Shown: positions 58,690 through 64,000 of the stretch, piece by piece
Numbering within the stretch: the stretch's first letter is position 1
How the letters are laid out: every line of letters begins with the position of its first letter
Origin: an uncultured Syntrophomonadaceae bacterium
GTDB taxonomy: Bacteria; Bacillota; Dethiobacteria; DTU022
Assembly (NCBI GenBank): GCA_964389365.1
Contig: CAYMDO010000008.1
Coordinates: forward strand, 5,231-69,230
Direction of reading: 5' to 3'
Length of the DNA: 64,000 nt
Translations under genes and position numbers: made by a program
The notes under the pieces: generated by a model
Seen by the model: only the letters and a program-made list of their open reading frames with translations
Databases searched by the model: none
What the model was told of the DNA's origin: nothing

Positions 58690-60147
58690 ATGATTGGCAC
58701 AATTGATTTGGTTGTTTTTCTGGTTTATTTTTTAGCTGTCATCATTATTGGTTTTGTCACCTACGGCAAGGTCAAAGGGGGCTCTGATTACGCCCTCGCC
58801 GGGCGCTCCCTAGGCTGGCCGGTTACGATCGGCACCCTGGTGGCCACGATGATCGGTTCATCAGCTGCCATGGGCAAAGCAGGAACTGCCTTCGAATATG
58901 GCATCGGTATCATGTGGTCTCCGATTGCCATCTTCATTGGCTACATAGTGTTCAGTATTTTCATTGCCCATAAACTACGCCGGGCCAAAGCCTGGACAGT
59001 GCCTGATGTCCTCGAAAGACGGTTTGGCAGGGGCGTAAGAAGGCTGTCGGCAATAGTACTAGTTCTAGCTGTAATATCTATTTTTGGCGCCCAGCTGATC
59101 GCTATGGGTATTGTATTTCAACTGGCCGGCGAACCAATGGGCATAAACTACCAGCTTGCGATTTTGATTGCCGGCTTTATTTTGGTTCTCTACACAACTT
59201 TAGGAGGTCTCTATGCTGTTGCATTTACCGATTTGCTCCAGTTCGGGATCATGATTCCGGTTATTGCCATCGTTCTACCAATCCTGGTTTTCGGCAGCAG
59301 CGATATCAGTTTTGCCAACCTGACCAATCAACTGGAACCAAGGATGTTCAACCTCTTCACCGGGGTCCCCTTTACCCTGATCCTCGGCCTGCTTTTTACG
59401 TACATTCCGGGTGTAATTATCGATCAATCGATCTGGCAGAGAGTTATGTCCGCCAAAAATGTGCAGGTAGCCCGCTGGAGCCCGGTGATCAGCGGCGCTA
59501 TCTATTTTTACTTTAGCATTATTGTTGTCTTGATTGGCATGGTCGGTGCGATCCTTTACCCCAATATTGTCGCTGAACAAGGAAATGCCGACGGTATTCT
59601 CCCAATGATGATCGCCCACTTCCTCCCCAAAGGAGTTACCGGTTTAGGCCTGACTGCACTTTTTGCCGTTGCCATGTCTACAGCCAGCACCTGTCTTTTG
59701 GTTGCCGCTGTTATCGTTGCCAAAGACCTAGTCCCGGCTTTCTCAAAGAAAACATACACTGAAGGCGACGAGCTTCGCATTTCAAGAATCGCATCCGGAG
59801 TAATCGGTATTGCCGGGATTATCTTTGCCCTCACCTTCAGCGGCATATTCTGGATCATGCTGATTGCCTATGGTATTTTCGTCTCCGCTCTCTTCTTCCC
59901 GGTAATCGCCGCCCTCTTCTGGAAGAAAGCAACGAAAAAAGCGGCCATCATCAGTATAATTGCCAGCACTATTGTAATGGTAGTCTTCCTGGTTATTCCG
60001 ACTAACCTGGAGGCAGTTATACCGGCCGGGATTACAAGTTTTGTTTTAATGGTTGGAATCAGCCTGGCCACTTACCATAAGGAAGATCTAACCCCGCCTG
60101 TATTAAGTGACGAAGAACTGCAAAAGGCAAACAACGAAGCAACGTAG
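58690..60147 (+). CDS. sodium:solute symporter (SSS) family transporter
   Basis: 485 aa, about 12-13 TM segments, SSS-like N-terminus (..GGSDYALAGRSLGWPV..). AGGAGGAGG precedes the ATG. Confidence 0.85.
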   Translation: MIGTIDLVVFLVYFLAVIIIGFVTYGKVKGGSDYALAGRSLGWPVTIGTLVATMIGSSAAMGKAGTAFEYGIGIMWSPIAIFIGYIVFSIFIAHKLRRAKAWTVPDVLERRFGRGVRRLSAIVLVLAVISIFGAQLIAMGIVFQLAGEPMGINYQLAILIAGFILVLYTTLGGLYAVAFTDLLQFGIMIPVIAIVLPILVFGSSDISFANLTNQLEPRMFNLFTGVPFTLILGLLFTYIPGVIIDQSIWQRVMSAKNVQVARWSPVISGAIYFYFSIIVVLIGMVGAILYPNIVAEQGNADGILPMMIAHFLPKGVTGLGLTALFAVAMSTASTCLLVAAVIVAKDLVPAFSKKTYTEGDELRISRIASGVIGIAGIIFALTFSGIFWIMLIAYGIFVSALFFPVIAALFWKKATKKAAIISIIASTIVMVVFLVIPTNLEAVIPAGITSFVLMVGISLATYHKEDLTPPVLSDEELQKANNEAT

Positions 60148-60161
60148 GAGGTGATTTAATC

Positions 60162-61022
60162 GTGATTATCGATTTTGGCCTAACACCACCGCATCCGGCA
60201 TTTATGGAGCTGTACCGCAATCCACCCAAGTATCTCGAAGGCTATAAGAATCTCTATGTGTCTCAACTCGATGACCTCTTTGAGCATATTGACAAGCCGG
60301 TGGATGATTTCATCGGTTACCTGGATACAGTCGGGGTAACCAAGGCGGTTGTCAAAGCAAAAGATATTGAAACAACTTACCAGCGCAAGGTGAAAAATGA
60401 AGTTGTGGCCGGACTTGTTCAGGCCTACCCGGATCGGTTTGTCGGTTTTGCCGGCGTAGATCCATATAAAGGGATGGATGCTGTCCGGGAACTTGAATAT
60501 GCAGTGCGTGATCTTGGTCTGCGCGGCCTGGCCATGGAACCGTTTGAATACCACTTGCCGGCCAATGATCGCCGCTATTATCCCCTCTACAGCAAGTGTG
60601 TGGAACTGAACATCCCGGTAAACCTGCATTGCTCCATTAACTTCTCAACCATGTCGCGTATGGATCATGGCCGACCAATCTATTTAGACGATGTTGCCGT
60701 CGACTTTCCGGAGCTGAAAATTGTAGCGATGACATCGGGCTGGCCCTGGGTGAGCGAACTAATCGGTGTAGCCTGGCGCCACCCCAATGTTTATATTGAA
60801 ATAGCCGCCGTCCGACCGCGCTATTTTGCCATGCCAAACACCGGCTGGGGTGAACTGATGCATTACGGTAATACTGTCATTCAGGATAAAATACTTTATG
60901 CTTCCTCGTGGCCACTTCTGCCAATTGAACGAACAATCCAGGAAATCAGGGAACTGCCCTTAAAGGAAGCAGTTGTTGAAAAATGGCTCTATGGAAACGC
61001 AGCCCGGTTGCTCGAACTGTAA
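60162..61022 (+). CDS. amidohydrolase-2 (ACMSD-like TIM-barrel metallo-hydrolase/decarboxylase) family protein
   Basis: 286 aa. GGAGGTG precedes GTG 60162. Its size and the ..NLHCS.., ..YASSWPL.. pattern suggest the amidohydrolase_2 fold. The assignment is tentative. Confidence 0.6.
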   Translation: MIIDFGLTPPHPAFMELYRNPPKYLEGYKNLYVSQLDDLFEHIDKPVDDFIGYLDTVGVTKAVVKAKDIETTYQRKVKNEVVAGLVQAYPDRFVGFAGVDPYKGMDAVRELEYAVRDLGLRGLAMEPFEYHLPANDRRYYPLYSKCVELNIPVNLHCSINFSTMSRMDHGRPIYLDDVAVDFPELKIVAMTSGWPWVSELIGVAWRHPNVYIEIAAVRPRYFAMPNTGWGELMHYGNTVIQDKILYASSWPLLPIERTIQEIRELPLKEAVVEKWLYGNAARLLEL

Positions 61023-61036
61023 AGGAGAGATACAAC

Positions 61037-62641
61037 ATGAACGATGACAGCATCTACGATTGGACAACAGCGCAGAATTTAAGGCTCCTTCTCGAGCAGG
61101 CAGTCGCCAAATACCCGGATAAAGAGCTGCTGACCATTGAGGACGAGGGCACCTACAGCTTTACCAAATTCAAAGAAGAGGTTGACCGCGTCGCCGATGT
61201 TTTGACCGGCTCAGGTATAAAAAAAGGAGACCTGGTTGGGGTAATGCTGCCCAATACCCTGCTCTTCCCGGTAACCACTTATGCCTGCTTCTCCTTCGGC
61301 GCCGTGATGATTCCGATCAATATCACCTACCGCTCTGAAGACGCACGCTATGTGCTGAACTACACCGAACTGGCCACCCTGGTCACCACAGACCAGCTAT
61401 ACCGCGATACTATCGCTCCGATTAGGGAAGGTTGTCCTCACCTGAAACAGGTGCTGGTTACCGGAGATGCTGGCCGGAACGACCCGACAGTTCTTAACCT
61501 TAAAAACCTAGTCAAGGATGAACCTCCTGCACCACCGGCACTTGAGATCAAGGCAACAGATCTGGCCACCATCCTCTTCACCTCCGGCACAACCGGGTAC
61601 CCGAAAGGGTGCATGCATGATCAAACCTACTGGCTCTACCTGGCCAAAAAAGTAGTTAACTACGCCGGGTTAACCGATCAAGACATTCTCCTCACCGCGC
61701 AACCCTTCTATTACATGGATCCGCAGTGGAACCTGGTGGCCTGCTTTATGTCCGGGGCAAAACTGATTATGATGAAAAGGTTTAGCCCCACCCGCTTCTG
61801 GGAACACCTGATCAATTACAAGGTAACCTGGTGCAATGCGATCATGGCCAACTTACTGCACCAAACCATGCCTCCCAATATTAAGGAAAAGCACAGCCTG
61901 CGCCTGATGGCCTGCACCATCATTCCGACAACGCTTCATCAGGATCTTGAAGAAAAAACCGGCGTTGTCTGGCGGGCAAATTTTGGGATGACGGAAACCG
62001 GTTGCGACCTGATGGTGCCAATTGAAGCAGAACATCTTGTCGGCAGCGGTTGTATCGGCAGGGCCGTCTGGGGCCGTGAAGTACGAGTTGTTGATGAAAA
62101 AGATCGAGATGTTGAACCCGGTCAGGTCGGAGAAATGCTGCTGCGGGGAAAAGGCATCATGCAGGGCTACTATAAGAACCAGGAAGCAACTGATGAAGCT
62201 TTTCGCGGCGGCTGGTTCCATACAGGTGACCTGGTGACCATGGATCAAGACGGCTGGGTCTACTTTAAAGGGCGCAAAAAAGATATGGTCAGGCGCAGCG
62301 GTGAGAATATCTCAACTCTTGAAGTTGAAAACATCTTAGTTTCGCACCCGAAAGTTAAGGATACCGCAGTGCTGGCCGTGCCCGATGATGTCCGAGGCGA
62401 AGAAGTTAAAGCTTATATCATCCCGGCTAATGGTGAATCGGTTGAAACAATCCCACCACAGGAAATAGCTGAATACTGTGCTGAGCGCCTGGCACCGTTT
62501 AAAGTGCCCCGCTATTATGAGTACGTTGATGACATGCCCAGAACTTCTGCTTCAGAAAAAGTGGAAAAATATAAACTGAAAGAACAAAAAGAGGATTTAC
62601 GTTTAGGCAGTTATGACCGGGTCGATAAAGTCTGGCGTTGA
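61037..62641 (+). CDS. AMP-dependent synthetase/ligase (acyl- or aryl-CoA ligase)
   Basis: ILFTSGTTGYPKGCMH (AMP-binding motif I), ..WFHTGDL.., ..GRKKDMVRRSGENIS... AAGGAGA precedes ATG 61037. Confidence 0.88.
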   Translation: MNDDSIYDWTTAQNLRLLLEQAVAKYPDKELLTIEDEGTYSFTKFKEEVDRVADVLTGSGIKKGDLVGVMLPNTLLFPVTTYACFSFGAVMIPINITYRSEDARYVLNYTELATLVTTDQLYRDTIAPIREGCPHLKQVLVTGDAGRNDPTVLNLKNLVKDEPPAPPALEIKATDLATILFTSGTTGYPKGCMHDQTYWLYLAKKVVNYAGLTDQDILLTAQPFYYMDPQWNLVACFMSGAKLIMMKRFSPTRFWEHLINYKVTWCNAIMANLLHQTMPPNIKEKHSLRLMACTIIPTTLHQDLEEKTGVVWRANFGMTETGCDLMVPIEAEHLVGSGCIGRAVWGREVRVVDEKDRDVEPGQVGEMLLRGKGIMQGYYKNQEATDEAFRGGWFHTGDLVTMDQDGWVYFKGRKKDMVRRSGENISTLEVENILVSHPKVKDTAVLAVPDDVRGEEVKAYIIPANGESVETIPPQEIAEYCAERLAPFKVPRYYEYVDDMPRTSASEKVEKYKLKEQKEDLRLGSYDRVDKVWR

Positions 62642-62873
62642 TAAATCAAGAAATGCAGCGCTCTGTTTTTGACATCAGGGCGCTGCTAAACCTTAATGTA
62701 GAATGCTGGCTAACGAATTTTAATAATGTTGAACAGACAAAAAAGAGCTATAACCACTTAATTAGGGAATAAGTTGATAGATTAATGATCTATCTTGAAA
62801 TTTCCTTTAAAAATTAAGTGTGCAGAAAATAAAAACTAACAAAATGTGACTGTTGATGCAACACAAAAGAACC

Positions 62874-62907
62874 GTCCCCTAGTGTTTTTTGTCCCCTAGT
62901 GTTTTTT
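62874..62907. repeat. perfect tandem duplication of a 17-bp unit (gtcccctagtgtttttt)
   Basis: Copies at 62874-62890 and 62891-62907, in the AT-rich spacer just upstream of a TG-n-TATAAT element. Confidence 0.8.
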
Positions 62908-62917
62908 AAAAGAGACT

Positions 62918-62926
62918 TGATATAAT
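62918..62926 (+). promoter_or_regulatory. possible extended -10 promoter (TGaTATAAT) for the methyltransferase gene
   Basis: tgatataat at 62918-62926, about 60 nt upstream of ATG 62988. No convincing -35 was seen. Confidence 0.35.
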
Positions 62927-62987
62927 CTTATAGGGTCAACTGCGATTAATTTATAGCTTTGGCCTTTTTGCACCAAATAAGAATTAT

Positions 62988-64000
62988 ATGAGCAATGTGC
63001 TTCGGAAGGAGCAGGTAGAAATATTGATCGAACAAGCAAGAAAGGTAATAGACTACTTAAAAGAATATACTTTCCAAGGAAATGATAACCTATCTCTATT
63101 TCCCACAGATAGCCGCACTATAATTGAGCCAATTGATATAAACGGAGTAAAAGTTAATAAATATATTAATGAATACTGGACTTCAAAACAGCGGCAATCA
63201 TCTTCAATTCACGAAATATCCTATCGCGCTTGCTTCAAAGCCCAATTGCCGCGATTCTTTATCAGACTTCTAACCGACCCGGGTGATACAGTATACGATC
63301 CTTTTAGTGGTCGTGGCACTACCGTTATAGAAGCAGGTATTCTTGGTAGAAAAGTTATTTCTAATGATATCAATCCTATAAGCAAGATTATTATCAGGCC
63401 TAGACTATCTAGCCCTGATGCAGAATTGATAGATCTAAGGCTTTCTGAGATTTCATTATATAAAAATATTAAGGCTGACATTGATTTGTCGATGTTTTAT
63501 CACCCTGAAACTGAAGCGGAGGTAGTATCTATAAAGCAATACCTGGATGGCAGAAACGAAGCCGGGGAAGAAGATGATCTAGACCGTTGGATTAGAATGG
63601 TTGCTACAAATCGCTTAACCGGACATTCATCTGGTTTCTTTTCTGTCTATACTTTACCGCCTAATCAAGCTGTTACCCAAGAAAGCCAAATTAAGATTAA
63701 TATTAAACGTAATCAAAAACCAGACTACCGGAATACAAAAAGGATTATAAAGCGCAAAACAGTAACGCTTTTAAAAAAAATGAAAGAGACGGAAGTTGTT
63801 AACTTGAGAAATGCAGCAAAAACTGTCTTGTTTATTGAAAAAGATGCCCGGGAAACAAGTGAAATTGAAACTAACAGCGTAAGCTTAACTGTAACTTCAC
63901 CTCCTTTTCTTGATATCGTGCAATATTCGCAGGATAATTGGCTGCGCTGCTGGTTTAATAGTATCAATACTGATGCCATAGAGAAAAAAATTACCATGTC
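62988..64000 (+). CDS. DNA methyltransferase (N4/N6 class), 3' end outside the window
   Basis: The frame is open from ATG 62988 to the window edge (translated by hand, no stops; it is absent from the ORF track because it is unterminated). It carries DPFSGRGTTVIEA (FxGxG AdoMet motif) and ..LTVTSPPF.. (catalytic SPPF/DPPY-type motif). The sequence is AT-rich, unlike its surroundings. Confidence 0.75.
   Translation, partial: MSNVLRKEQVEILIEQARKVIDYLKEYTFQGNDNLSLFPTDSRTIIEPIDINGVKVNKYINEYWTSKQRQSSSIHEISYRACFKAQLPRFFIRLLTDPGDTVYDPFSGRGTTVIEAGILGRKVISNDINPISKIIIRPRLSSPDAELIDLRLSEISLYKNIKADIDLSMFYHPETEAEVVSIKQYLDGRNEAGEEDDLDRWIRMVATNRLTGHSSGFFSVYTLPPNQAVTQESQIKINIKRNQKPDYRNTKRIIKRKTVTLLKKMKETEVVNLRNAAKTVLFIEKDARETSEIETNSVSLTVTSPPFLDIVQYSQDNWLRCWFNSINTDAIEKKITM

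Noticed and set aside
58137-62907. Whether the short tandem repeats (9 bp x3 at 58137, 15 bp x2 at 58535, 17 bp x2 at 62874) are CRISPR-like arrays.
   Set aside because: The copies are directly adjacent with no spacers, the units are too short, and the copy numbers are too low. There are no cas genes in the window.

Overview
GC-rich Firmicutes/Clostridia-type chromosome, with gene order close to the Bacillus yvc / ftsEX / prfB-secA-hpf regions. Almost all of 12-53 kb is housekeeping genes on the minus strand.

Layout:
(1) 1-5.2 kb: pur operon purF-M-N-H-D. purH and purD carry in-frame stops or a frameshift.
(2) 5.3-11.9 kb: a decayed phage-like / serine-recombinase integrative element next to the tmRNA gene. 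It holds nuclease gene fragments, an intact HNH endonuclease, a YafQ/DinJ toxin-antitoxin pair, an amidase-SPOR lysin, and two large serine recombinases (one broken).
(3) 11.9-50 kb: ssrA-smpB-rnr, secG, eno-gpmI-tpiA-pgk, rpoN, whiA, rapZ, uvrCAB, a MinJ-like/CtpB/M23/FtsXE block, prfB (programmed +1 frameshift), a long secA, hpf, comFC, recD2, metK.
(4) 50.8-53.8 kb: MoxR(CoxD-like)-VWA(CoxE-like)-CooC-like ATPase trio.
(5) 54-58 kb: a DDAH/arginine-deiminase-fold gene convergent with an mtbB-mttB pair. Each methyltransferase is interrupted by one in-frame TAG at the position expected for pyrrolysine.
(6) 58.2-62.6 kb: a transposase-like fragment, then a solute symporter, an amidohydrolase and an AMP-ligase.
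(7) From about 62.65 kb: an abrupt switch to AT-rich DNA that opens with a DNA methyltransferase gene running off the window.

The most notable signal is the bacterial pyrrolysine-type methylamine methyltransferase pair and its unusual neighbours. I saw no CRISPR array, rRNA or tRNA. All similarity statements come from reading the translations and from recalled family motifs. No database search was run.
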